DNA of 64,000 nt from the NCBI GenBank assembly GCA_973895155.1, contig OZ316893.1, forward strand, positions 15,840,645 through 15,904,644, in the 5' to 3' direction. The position numbers and the translations under genes are program-made. Origin of the DNA: Marsupella aquatica. Lineage: Eukaryota; Plantae; Marchantiophyta. Below, piece after piece: positions 12,083-24,851 of this stretch (within the stretch, counting starts at the first letter, position 1; the number at the start of each line of letters is the position of its first letter). The notes beneath the pieces were generated by a model that was not told the origin of the DNA, ran no database searches, and saw only the letters and a list, made by a program, of their open reading frames with translations.

Positions 12083-12969
12083 ACCCCAAGTTCTTCACGA
12101 TCGTGATGAGTATCTCATTCATACCGTACTTCTTCTAGAGAATTCTTGCACGAATAACCTCTGAAACGGAACCTAAATACAGCAGACAAGGAAGGTGGAG
12201 AGAGTATCCTCTCTAAACTATCCTCTCGCTACATTGATATCTATCTAGGACATTCTCTTGAAAGCCACTTGTCAACTCCGGATTAGTTGTTGGAATACCG
12301 TTGGCATATCTTCAACGTTACGCAAACCTAAAGTTACCGTTGAATATGACCGTTAAATAAATAATGCGATCAATTTCATCTATATTCTTTAGGTGAAATC
12401 TCATATTGGTCAATAGTAATGCCTGGCGCTACCAAAAACTCTCAATATTGAAACCCTAATTTTTCCATAAGTTAAACAAATTTGACTCTGAAGTATAAAA
12501 TAAAAAACAAAATGAATACATATTTTTGAATATTTGTCCTTAAATGAATGTCATGATTGCCGATTCAGATTAGCGCTCGGCGCTAATATAAAATCTCCCC
12601 ATTTTTGGCAATATTTTAGAATATTTGTAAAATAGCTACAAACATTTAGGATTTATTCTGAAATCCTAGATATTAGCGCTTGGCGCTAAATATAAAATAT
12701 ACCAGTTTTAGGCCACAATTTAGGGTGTAGGTTTTAGTAGCGCCTGGCGCTAAACATATATTTCACCATTTTAAGTCCAAATTGGAGTGTGTATGTTTTA
12801 GTAGCGCCAGGCGCTACTCAATTATGGTGATTTTATAAACATGATTATGTTGTTTGGAAAAGGACATCTTAGGCTCATTAGTGTAAATGTCATTGACATA
12901 ACAACAATAACATTTATTGTGTCAGATGTGCTTTCACCCGGAAGTGATTCTGTCGTATTCTAACGGCTC

Positions 12970-14443
12970 AGTTGCGGAACTCGACTACCTTAACACTTAG
13001 CTCCAGCGTCGCTGACTCCGACGCCGAGTTCCCTTATGGTCCAGGCCCGGATAGGCCATCCGGGGAGGACTTAGCATGGGGAGACTTGTGGGCAATGAGA
13101 CGTGGCACTGGCGAGGCAAGGGGCCAAGCTGGGGACACACACTAAGGACTTGGACTAGCCTATGGCTGGTCGGGTCAAGGGGAAATGGGCCAGGCTCAAG
13201 GATGGTCGTCCGCACCATCGGATGAACTTTGAGTTATGAGGGCTTGGGAGTGAGCTCCTCTTGGGCCCAAGGCCAATGGAGTTGACGCCATTGGCAACGG
13301 ACGCTTGGGGCGCAAGTTGTGGCTCAATCCGGGTTGGGCCGGTCGGGGGCCCCAAGCGGCGATCAGACCTGAGGGCCTAGGCATGAGCACTGGGTTGGCC
13401 CAGTCACAACGGGCTAAGGCACTCCGCTTGCGGATGCCTATCAAGAAAGTTATGGGCGTTGCCAGTTGGTGGCGCGCCCATTATGCGCGATGGGATCCGG
13501 GTTGGGGGCCAAATGTTTAGGGACCAAAGCTGGTCCGGGGGTGGCAGGTCTCCAGAAGCATATATGAGGGGAGTGGTGTCTCCCTGGGGGCTAAGGGCGA
13601 GCCGAAGTCGTGAGCCGCGGCCGTCGCGATACTAAGGGAAACCGCCAAACGGAAATGGTGGTATCTTCCCAACGGGAAGTCCGTTGGAGGACTTCTTGGG
13701 TTCGTTGGAAATCTCTTGAGAAGGGCTACGCCCTCCTGAGCTGAGATGGGTCCGGGGGTGCCATGGGTTTTTGTGGTTTGCGGGTGTTAGCTCGCCCGCT
13801 TGCCAAATCCTGTCGAACAGTAGCCAAGCCGCGTTCAGTCTCCCAAGGGAGCTTTCATTGGGGAGACAAGGCCAAGTAGGTATAGAGGCTGAGTCCCAAG
13901 GGTGCTCGGTCCCTAGACCATCAGTGGGGCGAACCGGGAGCGGTTGCTAGAGTTGGGGCCATTCTGGTCCCGACGTGTTGGGACAAGCTTTAGGACAAGC
14001 TACACTAATTGGGCCATGAGCATGTCCTGAGGTCAGGGCGGTCAGTTGGTGATGGATAGGTACGAGGGAGAACCCGAGCCGCGCCCAAGAAAGGAGTTGT
14101 CCTGGACGGACAGTGGGCGTGGGCTCTGGTTTCGGCTTATGGCATTGGGAGGACCTATCGCTGACCTATTTACCAATTTCTGTTGAGCTTGAGTTAGGAT
14201 GCTAGACTTGGCGAGTTCTAGATCCGAAGGGGTTACATACCGAGGTGCTTGGTTGCTTGTGCAGACAGTGAGGACCGTTGAGTAGCGGTCGTGTAGGTGA
14301 GCAAGTGCGGCTTCATATGGGAGGGGCCGCAGGTGGTGCTAGAGGCACTTGGATGCTTGCTCGAGGTATTCCGTGGAGGCGTTCGGGCACTTAGGCATGA
14401 GTGCTCGGATTGGTGAGGGTGCTGGGTGGCAAGGTCCACCACT
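12970..14443 (+). repeat. 5' LTR (1474 bp), AGT...ACT
   Basis: Direct repeat of 44651-46143 with scattered transitions and small indels. Confidence 0.95.
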
Positions 14444-14445
14444 TG

Positions 14446-14457
14446 TGGTATCAGAGC
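14446..14457 (+). promoter_or_regulatory. Primer binding site, tRNA-iMet
   Basis: TGGTATCAGAGC begins 2 nt after the LTR end. Confidence 0.9.
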
Positions 14458-14545
14458 GATTGCTGGCATAGACACCGGACCGGGGCCGTGCTAAGTTGGA
14501 ATCCAAAAATCTTAACGGATTTTTGTAGGGACTTAGTGCTTCAAC

Positions 14546-17260
14546 ATGCCCGGCAAGTCGACTGCGGGCAGATTCGGTCGCTGGGAACATGGCAAAAAAC
14601 ACTCGTGCAAAGAGTGGCAAGCAGGCTCCCCCACCAAGGGGAGAGCCCAAGTTCATGATGAACAAAAGGAGGATGGGTCGACTTCCCTAGACAAATGTTA
14701 CAAGCAAGATGAAGAAGACGCAACAGCCGAACCATCGACCGCTGCGACAAACAAGTCAAGTGCAGAGCGTCGTCAACTTAAAGGGAAGGAGGCAGCTGAT
14801 CCTTCAGAGGATGGGTCGGATGACTACGACTCCAACGCAACCGCAAGCGACGACAACGCTGAAGCTGAGACAGAGGAAGAGGGTCAGGACCCGGAAGAGG
14901 AGCTGATCCCAGCCTTGAGAGGGTTGAACGCGGAACCAGAGGATGATGCCGAGCCGGACATCATCGTGGATAATTTGACCAAGCAGAACCAGGATGACGC
15001 GGGTGATACCTCAGTCCCGGGAGGTCATGGTGCTCGCAAGACACGGGGGGTGTCACCAAAATCCACAAGAGAACCTAAGGACAAGCGGCCCGCAAAGGAA
15101 AGACGGTTGGAGGACCGTCCTCACACAACCCGCAAGGGCCCAGCCGTTGACGATGGTCTGGGTCCGTTGACTCAAGACCAGCGACTCATTTATGAGCAGT
15201 TGGAACACAACAAGGGGGCCCAGATTAAGTACTTACTTAGTCTGGGTAGTCAGAGTGTGACGCGCCCCGAGGGGGGAATGGTAGTTGGACGGAGTATGTT
15301 CCAAGTGAACCAGCTACCGACTCCTCCAACTTACAACGGGGCCTATGAACAAAGTGGATAAAATTTTGTGAGTTGGCTCTCCATGATGGAGATTCATCTC
15401 CAAGCGTGCGTTGAGCGCTCCACTTGGGCCACCGCAGCCGCTCCTTACCTGAAGGACTATGCCCTGACTTGGTACAAGTCATGGAAGAAGTTGAGGGAAG
15501 ACTCCTCCTTGCTGTTAACTTGGGAAAACCTGGTTGAGGGTCTCCGTGCTCATGCCACCACTAAGTACCCGGAGCGGCACGCTCAGAAATGTGTAACGGA
15601 GATGAGCTTCAGGGGTGATATCCAAAAGTTCATCACTTATTACCAAAATCAGTTGACGTATATCCCGGCGGGATAAGAGACCCTGCATACACAGCTTCAC
15701 AACTTTATCGTGAAGCTCCCGCCGTTGCTCAGGGAAAAGTTATAGGAAAAGCGTCATGAGTTCAAAATGCTTTCTGACGCCTTCGACAAGGCCACTACGT
15801 TGGTGAATAACCAACCGGACTTGGCGAAGGTGGGTGGCAAGGGATCCGAGGGGGAAGCTGGGAAAGCAAAAGGTCCCGGGAATAAGCGTAAGCAACCTGA
15901 CGGGGCGGGGGCCGGTGGTTTGGATCCCCAGCCCCGGAATGGAGAAGCTAAGTGGAACCGGAAGGCCGACAACTTCAATAAAGGAACCTCATCGGCACAA
16001 AAAGCAAAGAAGCAGGCGACCATGGAGCAGAGGCGGGCGGAAGGTTTGTGCTTCACATGTGGTGCCATGTGCCATCAAAGTAAGGATTGTTCCACGAAAG
16101 GTGGCAAGCCAAACGGAGATGGTGGAGGGCAGAAGAGCATTAAGGTAAGTATCGCTCTAACCAAACCCTTAGTAGCTGACAAGGTCCCCATAGGGGATGT
16201 CCCTGACGGGGAGAGGGCGTTGTTGCGAGAGAAGATACCTAAAGTTAAGACAATGGATCCTGAAAAACTGATTTTTGTGAATGTCAGTTCTAACGGTAAT
16301 CTGGGGGTTGCTTTGGTGGATACAAGCGCGACCACCTACTTCATAAGGAGGCAGGCGGCAACACATCTTGGGGTGGACGTGCAAGAGTTGCTACAACCAT
16401 TAGTGTGCAAGTTTGCCAACGACATGAAAGGGATAGTGTCGAGAGTGGTCCATAGACTTCGAGTAGAGGTCATAGGCGAGCAACAAAATTTTGTTAGTCA
16501 GGAGATGTTCTACGTTCTAGACGGTCTAGCCGTAGACTTCATTTTGTCGGTAGGTTATCTCAGAAAGCACAATGTTACCTTGAAACCGGGGGGTGAAGTG
16601 CTCCATTTTCCCAATAAGGGCGGTGAGCCCATCATTGTACACAAAATTACCGAAAATAAAGAAAGATTTCTTAAAGTAAGTAAAGTGTCATGGATGTCTC
16701 CGTGTGTATCGGCGAAGCAATGGTGGAAAGACTTCAAGGGTGGACATGATTGTTTCTTCTTTCATCTCCACCCAACTAAGGAGGCTGATTCGCAGCCAAA
16801 GGTCAAGTCAGCCAAGGTCGGGCCTGACTGAGGTCGAATTCCTGAAATTTTAGAGGAATTCAACGACGTGCTCTTGCAGAAGCTACTTAAGGTTTACCCC
16901 TACGGAGAGAAGTGGATCACCAAGTTGAGTTGGAGCCAGGTTCGGGTCCACAGGCTAAAGCTCCTTATTGTTTGAACCTGAACGAGCGAATGATGTTGAA
17001 GAACGCCTTGGAAGAGTTGATCGACCAAGGGTTCATTCGCCCTAGTAAGAGTCCTTACGGGGCGCGCCGTGCTATTTGTGTCCAAAAAGGATGGTACTTT
17101 GAGATTGTGCGCAGATTACCGGGCCCTCAATAAGCAGACGGTAAAGAACAAGTACCCGTTACCTTAGACATATGGATGACCTCTTTGATTGCCTCTCCGG
17201 GGCTAAGAAGTTTTCAAAGGTGGACTTGCGGTCTGGGTATTACCAGATCCGCCTGGCTAA
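14546..17260 (+). pseudogene. Gypsy gag, zinc knuckle, aspartic protease and RT N-terminus
   Basis: Motifs: YLKDYALTWY..LTWENL (gag), CFTCGAMCHQSKDC, ALVDTSATTYFI (protease), [10 protein letters not shown] and [12 protein letters not shown]. There are several stops and frameshifts. Confidence 0.9.
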
Positions 17261-19543
17261 CACTAGAAGAAACCGGCCCATTCTGAGACCCTGCCTTAAG
17301 TGACTCTAATGAGACCTTGCAAAATTTGTGACTCCTAGGTTTTGGGTGTCATTATAGTTACAAGTTGTGGACTGAGTTTTGGAGAATTCTTGGGAAGTCA
17401 TTTCTATAACTATTGGGGAAGTTGCAACTATAACTAAGTTCAGCCAACAAGAATGAAGTTGTATAAGTGACTCCCTCTACAATAGAGCGTTATATATGTA
17501 AGAGAGCCTTAGGGTTTAACACCACAATCTAACCACATTTGACCCCGCCCAACACATACCATTTAGGATATATCCTAATTTTCTTAGTTGTCAATGGGAC
17601 TAAAGGAGATGCCCTCGGGATATTGTGTGAGTACGCAACTCTACAAGGTAAGTAAAGGTCCTTGGTCAATGTCAATGCTAACAGATCTCAAATATATACT
17701 CTACATTAGAGTAGACTGAATTACAACATATGTATGCCACAAGTTTACAAGTGTTACAACATAACAAAATAATCCCAACTAGCTAGGGTCCCACAATGGC
17801 ATGCATGTAATATTAATTGGACTCATTTTTGTGTCTAAATGGGTACATTTGAAGTTATCTCCTTGGTTATCTCTAACTCTCACATATGCAAGGGCAGGTT
17901 ATTTTTACTTATTGCACGCCATGCCATGCATACATACCGTCATGTACCCCCTCCACACATTGTTCCATCTAGATTCCTTTAATTAAAGGTTCAAAATCAC
18001 CAAGAACTGGGAATGCAGCTGGAACCTCCATGTACTTGGCATGTCTACATGTTATAATTAGACATATCTGATAATGGCACCCCACACACTATGCTCATGG
18101 AATGAGCATAAGAACTTGTGACAGTCCTTACCTTAATTAATCAAGCAAGGATCTGACGGTCGTAAACTTAATCAAAGGATGATCTGACGGTTGAAAACAA
18201 ATATGGGCACATTAAACCAGGTTTAGGGTTTAATGGATTCCTTCACGCCAACTCCCATTGCGCCTTGGATTCCTTTGGATTTGCGGACGAGGAGCTGATC
18301 GCGCATTCTTTGCGAGGGAAAAAAGGGGGCAGTTTGTCGATCACTAAGGCTGAAGCTGCATTGACAAATTGCAATCCCGACTGCAATGGGAGTAGTAGGA
18401 GGCAAGAAGAGCGAGTTTAGGGTGTTGCATAGACAAAACAGAATGTGAGTCGTAGGCAACATTCAGCCATTGTATGTGTTTAGCATTGATCATAGGCACT
18501 GTGGGAGGCACTGCAGGAGGCGTTTGCCACTGCGCAAGGCACTGTAGGAGGCACTTGTTCCTTCAAGCTGGGAGAGTCAATTTGACGTTCAGCTGCAACC
18601 TGGGATCGAGAACCAGGAGCTTCTCATTGCGGTTTGGTGTGCATTTGGACTGTTCTTGCAAAGTGGGACTCCAGGCCTGGAGACATTGCATTGATCGCCT
18701 TTGGATGTACATTGGAGTCCGACTAGGAGGCTTTCAAGTGGAGCTGGGTTGGAAGTGAGTTGAAGATTGAGTTGCCATCACATTGCAATAGCGGGGGATT
18801 GTTGCTCAGCTTCACATACTGCTACGGATTACTACGCAGCTTCAGTTTGAGCGGCTTGGTGCTGCATCAGCCCATGTAAGGCTGCAATCCCCTATCTTTG
18901 CTATGTGACCTCGCGGCTGCAAGTTTGGTTGACTTCTTTGTGCTGTGAAGCTGTTTTTGACTCAGGTTCCAGCCAAGTTTCACCAGCGCAAATTTTTCTA
19001 AACATGAGTGTGGGCTACAACTGGTGAGGTGGAAGGGATAAGAAAATGCGCTACCGTCATTGACAACATCTCAACCTTTTACAGTGAGCGCTATTGACAT
19101 TCGGCCGGCTGTAAGTGTATTTCAAGCTTGACTTTAACTTGCCATCTGCATGAACCGGCTTGCAATAGATGTTGTAGCTTTTGCTTAGCTGCATTCACCT
19201 CCCAAGATGCCCCGTGACATCCAGGTTTGCACAATGAGATAATAAGGCTGAAATGATAAGGTAGTGATTGCCAATGGATAAAAAGCTTTATGAGAGTTGC
19301 TTCAACGTTCAGCTGCAAACTAGGATTAGGAACCAGGAACTTGTCGCGGCAGTCCAGCTTGTTTACTTGGAGCCGGAGCTGGAGTCAAGTTTCACATGTT
19401 TCTTGTTTAGTGACAGAGTACTTCTGAGAAATGTGACAGCCCCTGTGAGAGCTTTCGGCACCAGTGAGGTAAAGGGTGTTCTTACTCATGCAATAGTCAC
19501 TTTGACCTTCTGAGTTTCAGCAAATTGAGTTTCAAGTGCGGGC

Positions 19544-19633
19544 ACTGAGAGTTGACCTGTTTGAGCTGGGGTCACTGAGAGTTGAGCTCTTTGAGCTACG
19601 GTTACAGAGAGTTGAGCTGTTTGAGATGCGGTC
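19544..19633. repeat. 30-bp tandem repeat x3
   Basis: Units resemble ACTGAGAGTTGAGCTGTTTGAGCTGCGGTC. Confidence 0.8.
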
Positions 19634-20930
19634 TCATAAGTGAACTAGATCCTCCCCCGTGTAAACGTCTAGCATAGTCACATGTCCAAGCTTTGCTTTT
19701 GACTCTGAATATATTCACTGTCAACCATTGAAGGAGCTACGTGCATGAATTGTCTACTTATTGGGTTGTTTAGGGATTCAATATACAAAAATGACAACTT
19801 GAGTAAGGCAGTCTACGGAGGCGCGAAAGAGTCGCGAGGAGTCGAGTTCAGCTACGGCAGTATTCACTTCAGTTGTCTCAATGTGGTTGGCGTGAGCTGC
19901 AGGTGAGCTTAGCTGTGTGCACATTTCATGTAAGTCAGGTGGTCGGTGTTTTAGGCATTGCGGAACTTGATTGACCACCCCATGGCTAAGGTTTAAGGTG
20001 CGGACTACAACAAATATGTGTTGTTGCTGAAAGTGTTGGTGGTGAGCGACAACTGGTATTGTTTCAGCTAAAGGGAGCACATTGGAGCTTGTGTATCCAT
20101 GACCTGCGACCGATTGCGGTTGCCTGCTGTTACAATTGCCGAATCAATCACGCACCCAATCTTGCGGGCAGACACAACTTTGCGGGAGTGTTGAAGGTTT
20201 AGGGTGAGCAACAGCGGAGAGCTCATTGCTTGGTGGCAGGGTTGAAGGTGGATGATCGGGCTGCAAGGCCAACCGGGGACTTGTTTTGCATTGAGCGATT
20301 GCTGCGGATTGCTACGCAGCTTCAGTTAGGGCGGCTTGGTGCTACATCGGCACAGGTAAGGCTGCAATCCCCTATCGACGCGGACTCACCTCGTGACTGC
20401 AAGTATAGTTGTCTAGGTGATGTATGCATTGCGTGTTTAGGGTCTAGGTGACATCGCTGCTAAGCAAAATTTGTGAGCTGCCTAGGTCCATTGCCGAATG
20501 TTGCTTCCTTTAAATTACCTGGTGCCTGCTGTTACAATCGCCTGCTCAATCATGCACCCAATCGCCTGGAGCTCATTTGCCTGGAGCTTCATCCGTCAGA
20601 TTCAAACTGTTATTGCTGCTCTGCCCTTTTGCCATGGGTTGCCGGCCTACCGGATGCTATCAACAGATTAAGAACAAGTCATATCCTAAGTCCCGGTGTT
20701 GCAGTGATGTCCCCGACCCTAAGATGCTTTCCAAACTCATCTTTCTTGTTTCCTGTTGCTGCTGATGTATGTATGTTCTCCCCTATTTTTGCTTACAGAT
20801 TGGTCTCTCCACACTTCTTGCTTGACATGATTGTTTTGCTCCTCCCTGTATCAGAACATGCCTTGTGCCCGGCGGTGGGGTGGGGGGGTGAACAGACGAC
20901 CTTAAGGTTCACTACATTTCTAGGAACTGT

Positions 20931-21090
20931 GCATCTTTCAGCTGATTTTAGCCGCAAGTTCCCTTGCTTTCCCCTGTTTTTGCTAAGATCCCTCCCACTA
21001 ATCACATGCATCTTTCAGCTGATTTTAGCCGCAAGTTCCCTTGCTTTCCCCTGCTTTTGCTAAGATCCCTCCCCACTAATGACATGCATC
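20931..21090. repeat. 77-bp tandem duplication
   Basis: GCATCTTTCAGCTGATTTTAGCCGCAAGTTCCCTTGC... starts at 20931 and 21008. Confidence 0.85.
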
Positions 21091-22280
21091 CTTTACTTTT
21101 CTCGGTGGCCCGTGCGCCTGCCTTCCTACTTTCGTTCTTATGGACTCTCCTTAGGTTTTCATTCACCTGGTTTTGGACTTTTTGCTCCGGTGGAATCTGT
21201 CTTGACAACTTGTGTTTGTTCTAATTGTTAATATCTCAAGAGGGTCGTCAACTAAGCTGAAAGGAGTCAAAGCTAACTACAAGCTAGCAAAATAATACAG
21301 AGAATGCTCCCAAGTCGAGTCAGGAGGAAGTTACTAAAACTAGACCTTCACAACTCTCGAAACTGGAAAGTGAAATTCAGCGTGAGACACGTAGCTGAAG
21401 GCCACAAGGATAACTATATGGCCACGCTGTCCCCCATTCAAGTCCAAAGTCCTCTTCAGATTGTCTGAACTCCTATTGAATGTATTGAATAATTATTTCA
21501 TCACAGAAATTTTCAGAACAAACACGGAAGCACCAGGGGGCTGAGGATTAGGTATTGAGGCTGAAGACATTGAGGTCATAAACTAGGTGTGGTTCGGGTG
21601 ACAATGTTAGCAACTGATGCTTCTTCAGGGGAACTTCCCATGTGCAGTTTATCCACACATGATTGACTTTGGTTCTTGCTGTTTTTCTTTTGGTGTACTC
21701 TTGAGTTTGGTGTCACTCTATCCTTTCCTGTAGCCTCGAAATAGGAACACACCTGCTTAGTGGTCCCCAATCGCCCAATGATTTATAATGACTGTGTCTA
21801 GGTGATGTATGCATTGCGTGTTCATTCCAGAAGAATGAATATGTACACTTTGCACAAACCTGGACAGATTTTGAATGTTATTTATCTGAGTTTCTGTTTG
21901 TGAGCTCTGACTTGGAGCCTTAACATTTGTGTTTCTGTGGGGCTGAGCAGAGTTTGTTCAGTCTAGAAGCTGCTGTACTGAAGTGATCAGCCTCCGGCTT
22001 GGAGGTGAATCTTCAATTTTTTGTGGATCCGAGTGACTTCTGTCCAACTGAGTTTTGCTTTGTCGGGACGATTGTGTTTGGCTAAGATGCTAGATTGTGG
22101 CTTGTCTTCTTGCTCCCAGCTTGTGTATTTTCAATTAATAGAAGTTGGGAACGAAGTGATAATTGAATTTCCTTATATTAAGCATCTTCACCTAGAAACT
22201 CAATACATAAACTCCAGGATTCCCTCGGGACATAAAATGAGCCAAATTGTCTCAAAATTGGGAACCTGCACCCGCACTAC

Positions 22281-22623
22281 TCAAACAATTGTGTTGGGCT
22301 TGGTGGCCTTGTAAGTCTTCTTTAGCTTTCGCAATGGAGGTTGAATCTTGCAGTACGTCAAGGGGAACTTGATCTTTGAATCATGGAACTGCTTGGTACT
22401 TTCTCGCTTGCACAGAGAGACAGGGACTGTCGTAGTCTTCATGATCTGGATGCAAGGGAACCGAACTCTATGACAAGAAGCCATCTCATCATACATCTGC
22501 TCTGCAGCTCCGTTTCTTGTGGTATCACAATATTCCTTGTACATGTTGTGATAACCTGTACGACTCTGATACGTGGACCCAGATACCGAAGTTCTTAATT
22601 GTGGTGGGCTTCTTTTTGAAGAT
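22281..22623 (-). pseudogene. RPL18A: Captured last-exon fragment of 60S ribosomal protein L18a (eL20)
   Basis: It reads [17 protein letters not shown], then after a +1 frameshift [43 protein letters not shown]...[17 protein letters not shown]...KTYKATKPN. It begins right after a CAG acceptor. Confidence 0.93.
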
Positions 22624-23631
22624 CTGGTAGACACATTATTCAGCATTTGCTAACTTCGAAACTAGAAGGGTAACACATTAAACAACAGAGAAACTCACAA
22701 CATCCTCCTTTGGTCCTTCAGAGTCTGTACTTTGATTCTGAAGTTTGACTGAGTTTTTGTTTACTAAAAGAATGTGACTGTGTAAGAGTTCCGTTTGGCA
22801 GTGGATTGGTTGAAGCACTTCATGCTAGTGTGTTGTCCACAGCTCTTCAACCAGCTTTCGTCTTCCTTGTCTTTCACCACTTACGATGACATCAATTCAG
22901 CTAAGACCATAGAAGGTTCCAAAGCATCTAACTTGTAAAATCGCATTCTGTTACATCAAGGACTAAGGTGTTGGGTGCCAAAGGAGACAGCACAACAAAC
23001 ACGCTGAAAAGACTTCAGGACTGGGTTCAACAAGGTAGTGAAGGTGCTTAGAGCCATAGTAAGTATGCATTCTGTATCTTTCTCTATTGATGTGAGCTTG
23101 TGCATAATGGGAGTTGTAGTTGGCAAGAGTTCCAAATATGAATAGATCCAGAAGTATGTGATCATGTACTTGCTCTATAAAGTTCTGAAGATATAAGCAT
23201 TTTCTGTTAGACCAGGCAACTTGGGAGTTGGTAAGTGTCACCTGCATCTGAGGGGCTACACCGGGGCATCAGTGGAGGTTCACTTGCACAACACGACAAC
23301 CAGTGAATTTTCTCTCTGCTGCAACCTGCAAGGTGAGACTTTCGGTCTTTCTGGATGAAAAAACAGGAGTTTAATATGATTGATATACATGTCCGTCGAG
23401 AATATGGGTTTATCACCAAGCTCTTTGTCTTAGGAAACTCATAAACTCAGAATCAAATATGTACTATGCACGTTTCATGCTATGTGTATACTATGACCTG
23501 TAGTTGGAACCAAGACAATGAGTGGGAACTGATTAGTTTAGGTGGTTGCTGTTGGCGAGGCAAGTCGACCTCCTACTCACCTTGCTCATCAAAGGACGTG
23601 AACAGAGGACATCACAACGAAAGCAACACTT

Positions 23632-24081
23632 ATGGTGAGGACCCGCAACGCTGAACATGTGCGACTTGCACGCAAGGCAGAGATGTTGCGCCTTGAGTAT
23701 GTCAGACTTGGGATCCTTCCAGCCCAGTCTGCATGGTACTTTGAGTACCCTGTTGTTTCTAGGAACAACTACAGTCGGCCTCTACCTGCTTCCGTACCCT
23801 TCCCGACATCCTTGGTATTTGTGTCTCTTGTACATGACCCGCCACAAATTAGGTGCCAAGGGTGTGTACACAGTTGCCAATATGACTGTCCTGCCTGTAG
23901 GGCTTCTGGCCCAGAATTGGATGACCGTTCTCTTGGATGCCGATTTTTGCACAGAGCACAATGTATCATCTGGAACCACTCGCCATCCTGCAGTGTGCTT
24001 GGTGATGTCACTTGTCCTGCCCTCCCAGACCCCACCACCGGTGACTTTGGTGTCTACACATGTTTGGATCACATGCTCTAG
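23632..24081 (+). CDS. Cys/His-rich putative zinc-binding protein, 149 aa (CACTA cargo)
   Basis: Intact ATG-to-stop ORF containing CQGC..CQYDCPAC..CRFLHRAQC..HSPSC..C..YTCLDH, on the same strand as the downstream cargo genes. Confidence 0.5.
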   Translation: MVRTRNAEHVRLARKAEMLRLEYVRLGILPAQSAWYFEYPVVSRNNYSRPLPASVPFPTSLVFVSLVHDPPQIRCQGCVHSCQYDCPACRASGPELDDRSLGCRFLHRAQCIIWNHSPSCSVLGDVTCPALPDPTTGDFGVYTCLDHML

Positions 24082-24696
24082 AGGACCACTTGTCACACCG
24101 CATGCACAGACCAGATACCATTGACCTATAGCTTAACACTCTGACTTCAACACAGAGGATATTTACTTAAAATTTTGATGTATGAGCAATTTTGGGTCCA
24201 GGGTTTAGGGTCAACAGTACATAACTTATATCCTATTATGCCTGCACTAAGCAAAATATCCTAATTTAAGAGGCTAGCAAACTCGCATAAAAGTCTCTAT
24301 TGAAAGACTGCTTTCATGACTGCTTTAACCTGGTGAACATTGCAACGTTGAATGAATTAATGGGCCATGTGATAATATGCAAAATGATTTATGCCTCACT
24401 TATTTGTCTCAGCCACTATCATAACCTATTTAGGATGTATAAATTTCAACCCTTATGACACTGCTTCATACCAATCCTCTTCGAAGAATGCCTGTTTTAC
24501 ATGTCACGACTATTGTATGTGATTCAAATGCATGAAATGTTGTTGCAGATCTCCTTTGGTGAATCATAGCCACAATTAAAATTGAGGTGTTGGTGGAGAA
24601 ATTGTATTAGGGGATCAGTTTTGTGTGTGGGCTCAACATACCAAAAGTATGTGTGCTCTGCATCCTTGTGTGGCCATTCCAATTCATTGCAGTAGC

Positions 24697-24840
24697 AAAT
24701 GCCTTTGTACCTTAAATGCTAAATATATTTTACTTTCTGTGCAGTCTGCTAAATTGTAGAGTCTATCTAAATGCCTTTGTACCTTAAATGCTAAATATAT
24801 ATTACTTTCTGTGTAGTCTGCTAAATTGTAGAGTCTATCT
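24697..24840. repeat. 72-bp tandem duplication just upstream of the PHD ORF
   Basis: AAATGCCTTTGTACCTTAAATGCT... starts at 24697 and 24769; the copies are near-identical. Confidence 0.9.
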
Positions 24841-24851
24841 CATGCGCAGGC

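Noticed and set aside
12417-12816. Clustered palindromes as a CRISPR array
   Set aside because: The repeats are only 15 bp, the spacing is irregular, there are no cas genes and the context is eukaryotic with introns.
20473-21224. 196-aa hydrophobic ORF as an env-like or membrane protein
   Set aside because: It has a GTG start, is built partly from a 77-bp tandem duplication in pyrimidine-rich intron-like DNA, and shows no recognisable motif.
22963-23247. LLDLFIFGTLANY resembling a PCI-domain (CSN7-like) fragment
   Set aside because: Too short and weak to call without a search.
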